Below are positions 49,017 through 58,664 of a DNA stretch of 64,000 nt, one piece after another (the first letter of the stretch is position 1; each line of letters begins with the position of its first letter). The stretch is taken from the NCBI GenBank assembly GCA_963799415.1, contig CAWCXI010000027.1, forward strand, positions 2,888-66,887, in the 5' to 3' direction. The position numbers and the translations under genes were made by a program. The DNA comes from an uncultured Alphaproteobacteria bacterium. Its GTDB lineage: Bacteria > Pseudomonadota > Alphaproteobacteria > Acetobacterales > Acetobacteraceae. The notes under the pieces are model-generated. The model did no database searches. It was not told where the DNA came from and worked only from the letters and a program-made list of their open reading frames with translations.

Positions 49017-50432
49017 TCAGGCCAGTTCGGGTATCTTCTCGGTGAAGGTCTCAAGGTTGCCGAGCGTTTCCCGGCCGAACATCAGAGGGATGCAGGCACC
49101 GACCGCCACCACACCGACCATGGAGCCGAAGAAGATCCCCGGTGAGCCGGTATGCGATGCCATCAGGTACGGCGCGATCACCCCGGCAAAGACGCGCCCG
49201 AATGACTCGCCGAAGAAATGCCCGCGTCCTCGCAGCGCGGTGGGAAATTGCTCCGACAGATACATGCGCACCGCAGGAAACGCAGAGAGCACGGTGAAGC
49301 CGGTGATCAGCGTTCCCACTTCGAAGACGATCGTCGAGCCGGAGCCCATCTGGTGCGCCGTCATCATCATGATCAGGCCGGGGATCGCCAGCACGAACGA
49401 ACCGGTGATCGTCCAGCGCCGGCCGACGATCTCCATCATGTAGCCGTTGAAGAGCTTGCCTGGGATGCTCGCGGCGAACACCAGTGAGCTCAGGCCAAAG
49501 CTCACCGCGACGGCGGCACCCTGATCGACCAATGCCTTCGGCAACAGGATCGCGATCAGGTAGTACGCGGTGCCGGCGGCGATGCCGCACAATATGCCGA
49601 CAGTTGTCCAGCGGATCTGGCCGGGCGCGAACAGCTTCCAGAACGAAGGCAGCACGTCAGGCTGGAGCTCAGGGCGTGACCCAAGCTCGGCCACCGTCAT
49701 TGGTGCAACGCGGTTGCCGCATCGCCGGATCACCAGGTTGACGGTGTCGACCGCATCCTGAACCCGGCCGCGCCGCAGCAACCAGCGTGGGCTCTCGGGG
49801 ATCAGGAAGTAAATCAGCACCGGTGCGATGAACAATGTGACGCCACCAGGCAATCCAACCAGACGGAAACCGTTCGGATGATGAGCGAGTATGAAGCCGA
49901 CGAACGGCAGCAGCGTGAAGGCGCTGGCGAGCATGACCTCATAGATCGCGGCATAGGTGCGCCGGTGTTGCGCCGGCATCAGCTCGGCCGCGATTGGAAA
50001 CGGCGCCGAGATCGTGAACCCGAGCCCGATGCCGGTGATCAGGCGCAGCACCAGCAGTTGCGTGAAATCCTGCGCCACAAGGATCAGCAGCGTGCACAGC
50101 GTGGTGATGACGACGCCGACCTGCATCACGGCCACCCGGCTGATGCGATCCGACATGGCAGCGGCCGCGAAGCCACCGAGGACGACGACGAAGGTCGGCC
50201 ACACGGCGAGGGCGCGGATCTGGTCGGGGTCCAGGTTCAGCGGCTGTTTGGCCAGCACCAGCAGAGAGCCGCTGAGTGCGAGGTCGTAGCCCTCGATGAA
50301 GCCGACGAACCCCAGCACGACGATAAGCACGACGTGGTAGGGGCTGAACGGGATGCTATCGAGTTTGCGTCCCAGGAGATGGCTGGCCGGTACAGCCGAC
50401 CACACCATGGCAGGTGCTGCTGACATGGGCAT
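49017..50432 (-). CDS. MFS transporter
   Basis: 471 aa with 12-TM-like hydrophobic periodicity and PESPRWLLRRGR between the halves. Confidence 0.8.
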   Translation of the reverse strand: MPMSAAPAMVWSAVPASHLLGRKLDSIPFSPYHVVLIVVLGFVGFIEGYDLALSGSLLVLAKQPLNLDPDQIRALAVWPTFVVVLGGFAAAAMSDRISRVAVMQVGVVITTLCTLLILVAQDFTQLLVLRLITGIGLGFTISAPFPIAAELMPAQHRRTYAAIYEVMLASAFTLLPFVGFILAHHPNGFRLVGLPGGVTLFIAPVLIYFLIPESPRWLLRRGRVQDAVDTVNLVIRRCGNRVAPMTVAELGSRPELQPDVLPSFWKLFAPGQIRWTTVGILCGIAAGTAYYLIAILLPKALVDQGAAVAVSFGLSSLVFAASIPGKLFNGYMMEIVGRRWTITGSFVLAIPGLIMMMTAHQMGSGSTIVFEVGTLITGFTVLSAFPAVRMYLSEQFPTALRGRGHFFGESFGRVFAGVIAPYLMASHTGSPGIFFGSMVGVVAVGACIPLMFGRETLGNLETFTEKIPELA

Positions 50433-50654
50433 TCACTCCCTGTGCGACTGGCCAGTCATGCGTCTGCACAACGCGACGCATCCGCGCGGGCTTGGCTTGC
50501 CAGTCCGGTGTAGGTTCCCGCTTGTCGGGGGCGGAGCTTATGCGTCGTGGGTTGGCCGCGTCTTTGATGCAGCTGATTGATCTAGATTAATGTTCCAGGT
50601 CATAGAGGCAGTCCGCGGCAGGGAACGAGCCCGGCGAGTGGCCCCCCGTTGTCG

Positions 50655-52067
50655 TCAATGAAATCCGGCTTTCTTCAGCCCTTCGAGCATATGGTCCTGC
50701 GCTTCCTGCGTGCCGAATTGAGCGGCGAATGTTCGGGCGTCGAGGAGTGGCCATAAATGCGCGGTGATGCCGCGCTCGCGGTCTGCATCCTGCTGGCGGC
50801 TCAGTTCCGCATAGGTGGCGGCAAGCATCGGATGCGTGATCATCTGGGTGTTGCGCCCTGGGTCACGATCAAGCGAGCGATCGCAAGCGCCGACCGCATC
50901 GGTATACCGGCGAAGCAGATAGTAGGCCATGCAAAGTCTTGCGGCTGCGAAGCCATTGGCTCGGTCGAAGCGAAGCGCACCCTCCAACCAAGGCAATGCC
51001 TCGGTGGCCCTCCCCGCCCACGCCAGGACGCTGCCTCGGTAGGCATAGTTGTCCGCATCGCTCGGATTGATTTCGAACGCGCGGTCGATTTGCTCGAGCG
51101 CAGCATCGTATCGCTTTTTGAAAAGATTGATGAGGGCGAGCACACGATAGGCTCGCGTCGTTGCCGGATCCAGCGCGAGCGCCTTCTGAGCAAGCTCTTC
51201 CGCATGTTCGAGATCGTCCGCGCGGAACTGGGACCACCCTGACACGACGGCCTCGAAATACGAGCCGCCCAATGCCGCATAGGCCTCAGCGTAGTTTGGG
51301 TCGAGATCAATAGCGCGCTGAAAGAGTTCGCTTGCCTCGTCATTCTTGTCACGCGTTTCTTGCGAAAGCATGTCGCGACCACGCAGCACGTACTCATACG
51401 CCGCGAGGTTGCTGGTCGGTTTCGCCAGCACGCGGTTCTGCTCGAAGCGGGTGAGCGTTACCGCCGCCGCGCCGACGACACGTCTGGCGATGTCGTCCTG
51501 CACGGCAAAAATGTCGTTGCCTTCGGCATCGTATGTTTCGGACCACACATTCCGCCCACTCGTGGCTTCGGTCAAAGCGACGCCGACGCGAATGCGATTG
51601 CCTGCTCGACGGATGCTGCCCTCAAGCAGGTATCGCGCATTCAGCAGGCGCCCGATCTCCGCGGGTGAGGCATTCGAGTCCTTGAACGGGAAGCTGGCCG
51701 ATTTCGAGATGACAAGCAGGTTCGAGAAACGGCCGAGTGCGGTAATGACGTCCTCAGTGACTCCGTCGCTGAAGAAATCATGACCAACATCGCCTGACAG
51801 GCTCTTGAACGGCAGAACCGCGACCGAGGGACGCTCGGCGAGGCGAGCCGGTGCGGCGAGGGTCGCTACTTCGACCGGCCTGACCGCGGAGCCAGGCCCG
51901 TATGGATCCAGTCTCCCACCTGCGTGCAGCGTCCATGCGATAAGACCCGCCGACACGAACACAGCGGCTCCTGCGCCAGCAATCAGGGCCCCGCGCTTTC
52001 TCTTTCGAATCGCGGCGGCGTCATTCCTGACACGATCATCGCCGAGCGGATGCTGATCAGAAGTCAA
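50655..52067 (-). CDS. TM + TolB-N-like + TPR-repeat module (normally the C-part of cyclase-TPR proteins)
   Basis: 470 aa with one TM segment. SVAVLPFKSLSGD..FFSDGVTEDVITAL, then TPR-like repeats. It overlaps the upstream cyclase ORF by 11 nt in another frame. The track start is a TTG. Confidence 0.65.
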   Translation of the reverse strand: MTSDQHPLGDDRVRNDAAAIRKRKRGALIAGAGAAVFVSAGLIAWTLHAGGRLDPYGPGSAVRPVEVATLAAPARLAERPSVAVLPFKSLSGDVGHDFFSDGVTEDVITALGRFSNLLVISKSASFPFKDSNASPAEIGRLLNARYLLEGSIRRAGNRIRVGVALTEATSGRNVWSETYDAEGNDIFAVQDDIARRVVGAAAVTLTRFEQNRVLAKPTSNLAAYEYVLRGRDMLSQETRDKNDEASELFQRAIDLDPNYAEAYAALGGSYFEAVVSGWSQFRADDLEHAEELAQKALALDPATTRAYRVLALINLFKKRYDAALEQIDRAFEINPSDADNYAYRGSVLAWAGRATEALPWLEGALRFDRANGFAAARLCMAYYLLRRYTDAVGACDRSLDRDPGRNTQMITHPMLAATYAELSRQQDADRERGITAHLWPLLDARTFAAQFGTQEAQDHMLEGLKKAGFH

Positions 52068-52680
52068 ACTTCAATATGAATGCCTGGACAGGTCGCGCGA
52101 TGTTCTTCAGCTTCAGCGACCCCAGCTCCTCAAAAGCGAGATCGAGCCGACCATGCACGTGATCCCGGACCGCTCGGGACACACATATACCCCCAGGTGG
52201 GCACTCAGCCTCAAGCCTGACCGCCACATTGACCGCGTCACCGTGCAGATCAGTGCCATCCGCGATCGCATCGCCGATGTTGATCCCGATCCGAAAGCGG
52301 ATGGCCCGATCAGGAAGCTGGTCACCATCAAAGACAGGAACATCCTGCTGCACCTTGACCGCAAAGCGTACTGCCCCATCGATACTGTTGAATACCATCA
52401 GCAGGGAGTCGCCGCCGGTTTGAACAATCCTGCCGCCATGTCCGTCGAGGGCCGGATCGATGATCTCGCTCCGGAGTTTGCGCAGCCGCTCGAGCGTCTG
52501 CAGGTCGTCCAGGCCGATCAGGCGGCTGTAGCCAACCATGTCGGCATAGACGACCGCGATAAGTCGCCGTGGATCCGGATGCCCACCCGTCATGTCCGAC
52601 GTACTGGTCATCGACATGGTGGACGCCTCACCGGCAATGCGGCAGGCCAAAGCGCCATTCAGAAGCCTCCTGAACGACAT
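52057..52680 (-). CDS. class III adenylate/guanylate cyclase catalytic domain protein
   Basis: VVYADMVGYSRL, GDSLLMVF and FRIGINIGD. Confidence 0.75.
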   Translation of the reverse strand: MSFRRLLNGALACRIAGEASTMSMTSTSDMTGGHPDPRRLIAVVYADMVGYSRLIGLDDLQTLERLRKLRSEIIDPALDGHGGRIVQTGGDSLLMVFNSIDGAVRFAVKVQQDVPVFDGDQLPDRAIRFRIGINIGDAIADGTDLHGDAVNVAVRLEAECPPGGICVSRAVRDHVHGRLDLAFEELGSLKLKNIARPVQAFILKFDF

Positions 52681-52827
52681 CCTAGCACCGGCCGCCCTTC
52701 CGCCGATACTTGGATTGGCTCACCGGTCGGGGCGCGCGTGCGGATTTGTTTGACCCAAGCCATAGACAGCGCGCAGTATTTCGCCGTCAGGGACTGGTCA
52801 TTGAAGCCCTGGAGGGGGAAGACGACC

Positions 52828-53676
52828 ATGTCGAGAGATGCGTTTCTTGTGCCGATGTGGGGCCCAGCATCAGTCGCCCTGTTCTTCGTGACACTTTTCG
52901 GGTCTACCGCCTGGGGCGACGAGCCGAAGCTGTCGATCAGCGGCTACGATCCGGTCGCCTATTTCACCGACGGGAAACCAGTGCCGGGCAAGTCAGATCT
53001 CGAATATATGTGGCATAAACTGCGCTGGCGCTTTGCCAGCAGTGAACATCGCGAGCTGTTCAGCAAGGATCCGGAGCACTACGCGCCGCAATATGATGGT
53101 TATTGTGCGATGGGCGCCTCGTTGAACGAGGCGGCGCACAAGGACACCGTCGATCCAGCGGCTTGGACCATTGTGGACGGCAAGCTGTATCTGCTTCACC
53201 AGGATGGCTACTGGCTGGCGAAATGGCGGGATCAGGCCAAGGAGTACATAAAGCGGGCCGATGCGAACTGGCAGGCCATTGCGGACCTGCCGGCACCCAC
53301 CATTGTCGGACCACCCTGCGCTGCCTCCCCGCCCACGACTCTGGTGGCACTGCGGGATGGCGGGAACTGGCTGGTCGTCGGGGGGCAGGTCGCGCGCGAT
53401 GCGGCTGGGAATGTCGTCGGGAAGGGTGATATGCGGGCGCAGATCGAACAGGTTGGCGAAAATGTCGATGCGTGCCTCAAGGCCGGCGGCGCAACTGTGA
53501 ACAATATTGTATTTACGGTCAGTCATGTCACGGCGCCCACGGAACTCGACAAATACCCCGACCTGCTCCCGCGCTATTTCGGCCCACCCTCGCCGGAGAG
53601 CACCATCGTCACCATGCCGCAACTATCTGATCCAGACTTGCTGCTTGAGGTCGAGGCCATTGCGGCGGTCAAATGA
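52828..53676 (+). CDS. exported YHS-domain-like / RidA (YjgF/L-PSP)-like fusion protein
   Basis: ATG at 52828 with GGAGGGGG upstream, and a signal-like N-terminus. GYDPVAYFTDGKPV..YDGYCAMG is the YHS-like part. GQVARDAAGNVVGKGDMRAQIEQVGENV..LLEVEAIA is the RidA-like part. The long upstream part of ORF 52153..53676 is antisense to the cyclase and spurious. Confidence 0.6.
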   Translation: MSRDAFLVPMWGPASVALFFVTLFGSTAWGDEPKLSISGYDPVAYFTDGKPVPGKSDLEYMWHKLRWRFASSEHRELFSKDPEHYAPQYDGYCAMGASLNEAAHKDTVDPAAWTIVDGKLYLLHQDGYWLAKWRDQAKEYIKRADANWQAIADLPAPTIVGPPCAASPPTTLVALRDGGNWLVVGGQVARDAAGNVVGKGDMRAQIEQVGENVDACLKAGGATVNNIVFTVSHVTAPTELDKYPDLLPRYFGPPSPESTIVTMPQLSDPDLLLEVEAIAAVK

Positions 53677-53790
53677 GCACAAGAGGCTGGTGCGGAAAAC
53701 TCAGCGGCCTAAGGACTGCTGGACCGGCTGATGGATTGACGGGGCAATCGGCCTCGCATTAGGGTGCGCCCCGCCGGGATCGCCCCGGCC

Positions 53791-53843
53791 CTCGCGATTT
53801 GTCCGGCCGGATTGCGGCGAGGTGAAACAAGCGCGCTAAAGAG
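53791..53843 (+). promoter_or_regulatory. possible SAM-II-type riboswitch upstream of metZ (tentative)
   Basis: CTCGCGATTTGTCCGGCCGGATTGCGGCGAGG can form a 6-bp hairpin (CCTCGC/GCGAGG) with a U-rich 5' loop. The tail AAACAAGCGCGCTAAAGAGGCC resembles the AAAGC..GCUAAAG core I remember for the alphaproteobacterial metA/SAM-II motif. Not verified with a covariance model. Confidence 0.35.
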
Positions 53844-53917
53844 GCCAGCGGACAGCCCCATCTTTCGGGCTGCAAGCTGCTCCACCGGTCGGGCCAACTG
53901 TTCAGAGGGCCCAGACG

Positions 53918-55132
53918 ATGTCCATCAATCCTGCCAATTACCGCACCGCCACCAGCTCGTGCAAGGCGGTATGCAGCGCAGCTCGTTCGGCGAGACCGCC
54001 GAGGCACTGTACCTCACTTCGGGCTACGTCTATGACAGCGCCGAGCAGGCCGAGGGCACGTTCGCCGGCACGGTCGATCACTATCAGTATTCGCGCTTCG
54101 CCAACCCGACGCTGTCGATGCTGGAGGAGCGGCTCTGCCTGATCGAGGGCGCCGAAGCCTGCCGCACCACGGCGACCGGCATGGCGGCGGTCAATGCGGC
54201 GCTGCTGGCGCATCTGAAGGCCGGCGATCGCGTGGTGGCGTCGCGTGCGCTGTTCGGCTCCTGTCACTGGATCGTCTCGACGCTGCTGCCGAAATTCGGC
54301 ATCGCGACCGAGTTCGTCGATTGCGCCGATCTGGCGCAATGGCGCGCAGCTTTGTCGCGGCCTGCCCAGCTCGTGCTGCTGGAGACACCGTCGAACCCGA
54401 TGCTCGAGTTGGTCGATCTGCGCGCGGTCGCTGATCTCGCCCATGCCGCGGGCGCGATCGTGGTGGTGGACAATGTGTTCGCCACGCCGCTGTTGCAGAA
54501 GCCACTGAAGTTCGGCGCGGATGTGGTGGTGTATTCCTGCACCAAGCACATCGACGGTCAGGGGCGCGTGCTGGGCGGTGCAGTGCTGGGCAGCCGGAAG
54601 TGGGTCACCGAGACGCTCCAGCCGTTCATCCGCAACACCGGGCCGGCGCTGTCGCCGTTCAATGCATGGGTGCTGCTGAAGGGTCTGGAGACGCTTGGCG
54701 CTGCGCGTCGATGCTGGCTGCCGAGGCGCTGTGACGATCGCCGAATTCCTTGCCGCGCGGCCCGAGGTGACGCGCGTTTGGTATCCGACGCGCGCCGATC
54801 ATCCGCAGCAGGCACTGGCATTGCAGCAGATGACGGCGGGCGGAACAGTCGTGACATTCGAGGTGGCGGGCGGCAAGGACGCGGCGTTCAGCGTGATGAA
54901 TGCGTTCGGACTGATCGCTGTGTCGAACAACCTGGGTGATTCGAAATCGCTGGTGACGCACCCCGCGACCACCACTCACATGCGCATCGGCCCTGAGGAG
55001 CGCGCGAAGCTCGGCATCACCGATGGTGTGATCCGGCTCTCCGTCGGGCTCGAGGATGCCGAGGACCTCAAGGATGATCTGGCACAGGCGCTGGCCACGA
55101 TCAGCAACGTCACCGCGCAGGCCGCCGACTGA
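53918..55132 (+). pseudogene. metZ: O-succinylhomoserine sulfhydrylase (PLP-dependent, MetZ-type), two frame disruptions
   Basis: MSINPANYRTAT (ATG 53918), then QLVQGGMQRSSFGETAEALYLTSGYVY...SCTKHIDGQG in the frame of ORF 53764..54939, then ALRVDAG..LIAVSNNLGDSKSLVTHPATTTH in ORF 54695..55132. Switches are near 53953 and 54693. Confidence 0.85.
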
Positions 55133-55274
55133 CGCGACGGGCAGGCGCGGTCTTACACGGAGTCGGCGTCGAACGGGTGCGCGATCTTGGCCCTGCAAAT
55201 GTCACCCTGACCGCTCTACTGGACAATGCGCCTCCACTCGCCTTGAATTGCGGCTCCAATGAACCGGTCGTGCC

Positions 55275-55679
55275 ATGGCGGAAGCCTATTCAAAGATCAC
55301 TCACAGCGTCCGCGTCACCGTGCGGTCCTTCTACCTGGAGGACCAGTCGGAGCCGGACGACAGTCACTTCGTCTGGGCGTATCGCGTGAAGATCGAGAAC
55401 CAGGGGCGCGAGCCGGTGCAACTGCTGCGCCGTACCTGGCAGATCACCGACGCGCGCGGACGCACGCAGCACGTGCATGGCGCCGGCGTGGTCGGCGAGC
55501 AGCCGCTGCTCGAGCCTGGCGAGAGCTTCGAATACACGTCCGGCACCCCGCTCGACACGCCGTCCGGCTTCATGGTCGGCGCCTACCACATGGTGGTGCC
55601 GTCCTCCGGCGAGAACTTCGATGTGGCCATCCCGGCGTTCAGTCTGGACAGCCCGCACCAGAGCGGTAGGGTGCATTAA
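55275..55679 (+). CDS. apaG: ApaG protein
   Basis: 134 aa. FVWAYRVKIENQG, WQITDARGR and GVVGEQPLLEPGESFEYTSG. Confidence 0.9.
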   Translation: MAEAYSKITHSVRVTVRSFYLEDQSEPDDSHFVWAYRVKIENQGREPVQLLRRTWQITDARGRTQHVHGAGVVGEQPLLEPGESFEYTSGTPLDTPSGFMVGAYHMVVPSSGENFDVAIPAFSLDSPHQSGRVH

Positions 55680-55781
55680 CCGCCAAACGGGTTGTGTGCC
55701 CGCTGGCTCGGCCTATATCCCGACCGGCGGCGTGAGGTACTCGCGCCGCTTCCCTGACACCCTCCTGGGAGGAATTGCGCG

Positions 55782-56420
55782 GTGAACATCGTCACGCCTG
55801 TCGCCCGCGCGACAACCGACGCCTCGACCGACCGACCGACGCGCGAAGAGACCGAAGCGGCCATCCGCACGCTGCTCCGCTGGGCCGGTGACGACCCGTC
55901 GCGCGAGGGACTGGTTGACACGCCCGCCCGCGTCGCGCGCGCCTATGAGGAATTCTTCGCCGGCTACGCGATCGATCCGGTCGCGCTGCTGGAACGCACC
56001 TTCGAGGAGACCGACGGCTACGACGAGATCGTGCTGCTGCGCGATATCCACCTGGAGAGCCATTGCGAGCACCACATGGTGCCGATCATCGGCCGCGCGC
56101 ACGTCGCCTATCTGCCGCACCGCCGTGTGGTCGGGATCAGCAAACTGGCGCGCGTGGTGGATGCCTATGCGAGGCGGCTGCAGATCCAGGAGAAGCTGAC
56201 GGCGCAGATCGCCAATACGATTCAACAGGTGCTGGAGCCGCGCGGCGTCGCGGTGGTGATCGAAGCGGCCCACCAGTGCATGACGACGCGCGGCGTGCAC
56301 AAGCCTGGCGTGACCATGGTGACCAGCCGCATGCTGGGTGCGTTCCGCGACGACCCCACGACGCGGCGTGAGGTGCTGGCGATGATCGGTAATGGCAGGG
56401 GGATGGGCGGCGAGCACTGA
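55782..56420 (+). CDS. folE: GTP cyclohydrolase I
   Basis: GTG start. [12 protein letters not shown] and [12 protein letters not shown]. Confidence 0.9.
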   Translation: MNIVTPVARATTDASTDRPTREETEAAIRTLLRWAGDDPSREGLVDTPARVARAYEEFFAGYAIDPVALLERTFEETDGYDEIVLLRDIHLESHCEHHMVPIIGRAHVAYLPHRRVVGISKLARVVDAYARRLQIQEKLTAQIANTIQQVLEPRGVAVVIEAAHQCMTTRGVHKPGVTMVTSRMLGAFRDDPTTRREVLAMIGNGRGMGGEH

Positions 56421-56438
56421 ACCCGCCGCCCATGATCA

Positions 56439-57278
56439 TCAGGCCTCGTGGAAGACCAGCGTCCTGATCTCGATGCTCTCGCGCGGCAGCACATCCGCCG
56501 GCGCGGTCGGGTCCTCAAACGCCGTGTGCGGCGCGAATCGGGCCCGACCATCGGTTTCTGAATCGAAGCACTTCAGCAGCAGGGCTTCGTCCGGCTGCAT
56601 CTCGGGCACGTAGAACCAGCGATGCGCGGGATTGTAGGTGACACCATAGGTCTCGCCCACGCGGCTCTGGTACACCAGATCCGACGGCACGAGGTCTCCA
56701 GGCGCGACCGAGCCGGCGTCGCACACCGCAAGTGGCGCATCGCGCAGCGGACCACGGATCGGCCGCCATAGATTGATCACCTGCACGCGGCCGCGCAGCA
56801 ACTCCTCGGCTTCATCACCGAAGAAGTCGCGCACCCGCTGCGGTCCGGACGTCGCCGTATGGTCGACATGCACTCCGGTCGCGGGCTGGCGGGGCGTTCC
56901 AGGAACCCGATCGGCAGCGCCGCGCACACGCCGGCGAAGCGTATGGTCGAAGATGTATACCTTGCTGGCGCCAGTCGCCTCGGCGATCGCGCGCTGCACT
57001 TCCGGATAGTAGGTCCGGCGTACCTCGTCCTCATCCCAGAAGTCGTGGACTGCGCTTGCGTTGCGCAGCACCGCAAAGCCTTCGCGGTCGAGCGTGACGT
57101 CGCCGATGACCGGCCGCACATCGTGGATCGCCACGGTGTGGGTCTCGCGTTCCGAGTTCGAGCGCGGCACGCCGGGCGGCGGATCGAAGGTAAAGTTGCG
57201 CGGCCGTTCGGCCATCGGAGCCAGATAGTTCAATGCCGCGTCGACATGAGGCAGGTGGTCAAAGCGGGCACCGTTCAT
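56439..57278 (-). CDS. CmcJ/NvfI (AsaB)-family oxidoreductase-like protein
   Basis: 279 aa from MNGARFDHLP (57278). HVDHT and RVQVINLWRPIRGPLRDAPLAVCD are typical of this family as remembered. Confidence 0.6.
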   Translation of the reverse strand: MNGARFDHLPHVDAALNYLAPMAERPRNFTFDPPPGVPRSNSERETHTVAIHDVRPVIGDVTLDREGFAVLRNASAVHDFWDEDEVRRTYYPEVQRAIAEATGASKVYIFDHTLRRRVRGAADRVPGTPRQPATGVHVDHTATSGPQRVRDFFGDEAEELLRGRVQVINLWRPIRGPLRDAPLAVCDAGSVAPGDLVPSDLVYQSRVGETYGVTYNPAHRWFYVPEMQPDEALLLKCFDSETDGRARFAPHTAFEDPTAPADVLPRESIEIRTLVFHEA

Positions 57279-57315
57279 GTGTTTATCCTCCTCGGGGGTG
57301 TGATTGGTGGCAGCC

Positions 57316-57561
57316 TCAGCACGGCGGCAATGAGCGCCACAACGGGGTGGAGAGCTCGCGGTACACATCGGCAGTCGAAGCACCGAAATCCGCCAGCTCG
57401 CGCTCGGTGAGGTTGGCGAGCGCGAGCCTCTCGCGGCTCCGCTGACGCCAGAGGCGCAGCGTCGAGGCAATTCGCGCCAACAGGCTCTGGCGCCCGTCGC
57501 CCCACGGCCGCGCCGCGAGTGGCTGAGAATTTATCAGGGATGTAGTGGCAAGCCCGGCCAT
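57316..57561 (-). CDS. DUF1127 domain small protein
   Basis: LRLWRQRSRERLALANLTERELADFG motif. Start chosen at 57561. Confidence 0.6.
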   Translation of the reverse strand: MAGLATTSLINSQPLAARPWGDGRQSLLARIASTLRLWRQRSRERLALANLTERELADFGASTADVYRELSTPLWRSLPPC

Positions 57562-57631
57562 GGCCGTCGCTCCTCTCATTGAGAACTGACGGGAAAGTGG
57601 TCCTGCGCTCCGGGCGGGACAAAGGATAGTT

Positions 57632-57650
57632 TGTCAGCCTTCGCATGACA
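57632..57650. promoter_or_regulatory. inverted repeat TGTCA-N9-TGACA in the LysR divergent promoter region
   Basis: Lies 24 nt upstream of the LysR ATG at 57674. LysR-type operator-like dyad. Confidence 0.3.
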
Positions 57651-57673
57651 CAGGCTCATGCTAAACTGGGATC

Positions 57674-58585
57674 ATGGCGACCCTCCCCTCGCTCAGCGGA
57701 CTGCGCGCCTTCGAGGCGGCGGCGCGTCACCTGAGCTTCACCCGCGCCGCGGAAGAGCTGAACGTCACCCAGACCGCGATCAGCCACCTGATCCGGCGAT
57801 TGGAGGAGCAGCTTGGCATTCCCCTGTTTGTCCGCCGCAATCGCGCGCTGGGGCTGACACGTGAGGCGGAATCCTATCTGCCCGCGGTGCGCGGCGCGTT
57901 CGAGGACCTGCGGCGTGCTACGGAGCGATTGCGCCGACCGGAGCGCGAAGGGCTGCTCACCGTCAGCACGACGGCCTCGCTTGCCGCCAAATGGCTGGTC
58001 ACACGCGTGGCCGCGTTCCAGGACGCCAATCCCGGCATCGAGGTGCGCATTACGACCTCGTCGCATCTGGTGGATTTCCAGCGTGACGAGGTGGACATGG
58101 CGGTGCGGTATGGCCGTGGCAACTGGCCGGGACTGCGCACGGACTGGCTGATGGCCGAGGACATGTTCCCGGTGTGCAGTCCCTCGCTGGTCACGGGCGA
58201 GAATCCGCTGCGAACGCCAGAGGACCTCGCGCACCACACGCTGCTGCACGCGACGGTGTCACGCGAGGACTGGCAGCTGTGGCTGACCGCCGCCGGCCTG
58301 CCGGTCTCGCTGGCGACGCGCCGCGGTCTGAGCTTCGATCAGAGCTTCATGGCAATTCAGGCGGCGGTCGATGGCCTGGGCGTCGCGCTCGGCCGCACCC
58401 GTTTCGTTGAGGCGGACATTGCCGCCGGTCGTCTCGTGGTGCCGTTCAATGTCGTGCTGCCGGCGGATGCCGGTTTCTACATCGTGGCCCCTGAGGCAAC
58501 TGCCGATACGCCGAAGATCGCGCTGTTCCGCGACTGGCTGATCGGCTCCGTCGCGCCAGGCGCGGTGGCACCGCCACCGCCTTAA
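57674..58585 (+). CDS. LysR family transcriptional regulator (GcvA-like)
   Basis: LSGLRAFEAAARHLSFTRAAEELNVTQTAISHLIRRLE HTH. 303 aa. Confidence 0.9.
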   Translation: MATLPSLSGLRAFEAAARHLSFTRAAEELNVTQTAISHLIRRLEEQLGIPLFVRRNRALGLTREAESYLPAVRGAFEDLRRATERLRRPEREGLLTVSTTASLAAKWLVTRVAAFQDANPGIEVRITTSSHLVDFQRDEVDMAVRYGRGNWPGLRTDWLMAEDMFPVCSPSLVTGENPLRTPEDLAHHTLLHATVSREDWQLWLTAAGLPVSLATRRGLSFDQSFMAIQAAVDGLGVALGRTRFVEADIAAGRLVVPFNVVLPADAGFYIVAPEATADTPKIALFRDWLIGSVAPGAVAPPPP

Positions 58586-58615
58586 CAAGGAAAATTTTTT
58601 TAAACGCGGATAAGA

Positions 58616-58643
58616 AGCAGATGCGTGAATCTCCTTACATCTG
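58616..58643. terminator. hairpin GCAGATG..CATCTGC in an AT-rich spacer between convergent genes
   Basis: 7-bp stem with a 14-nt loop, flanked by an A/T-rich run (AAAATTTTTTTAAA) on one side. Confidence 0.35.
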
Positions 58644-58664
58644 CGTTTAGACCTTCCTTCCTAA

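Noticed and set aside
50577-50590. TTGATCTAGATTAA as an FNR/FixK-type box upstream of the MFS gene next to the Crp/Fnr regulator
   Set aside because: The second half-site deviates from ATCAA. It lies ~145 nt from the start codon with no supporting promoter elements. Too weak to call.
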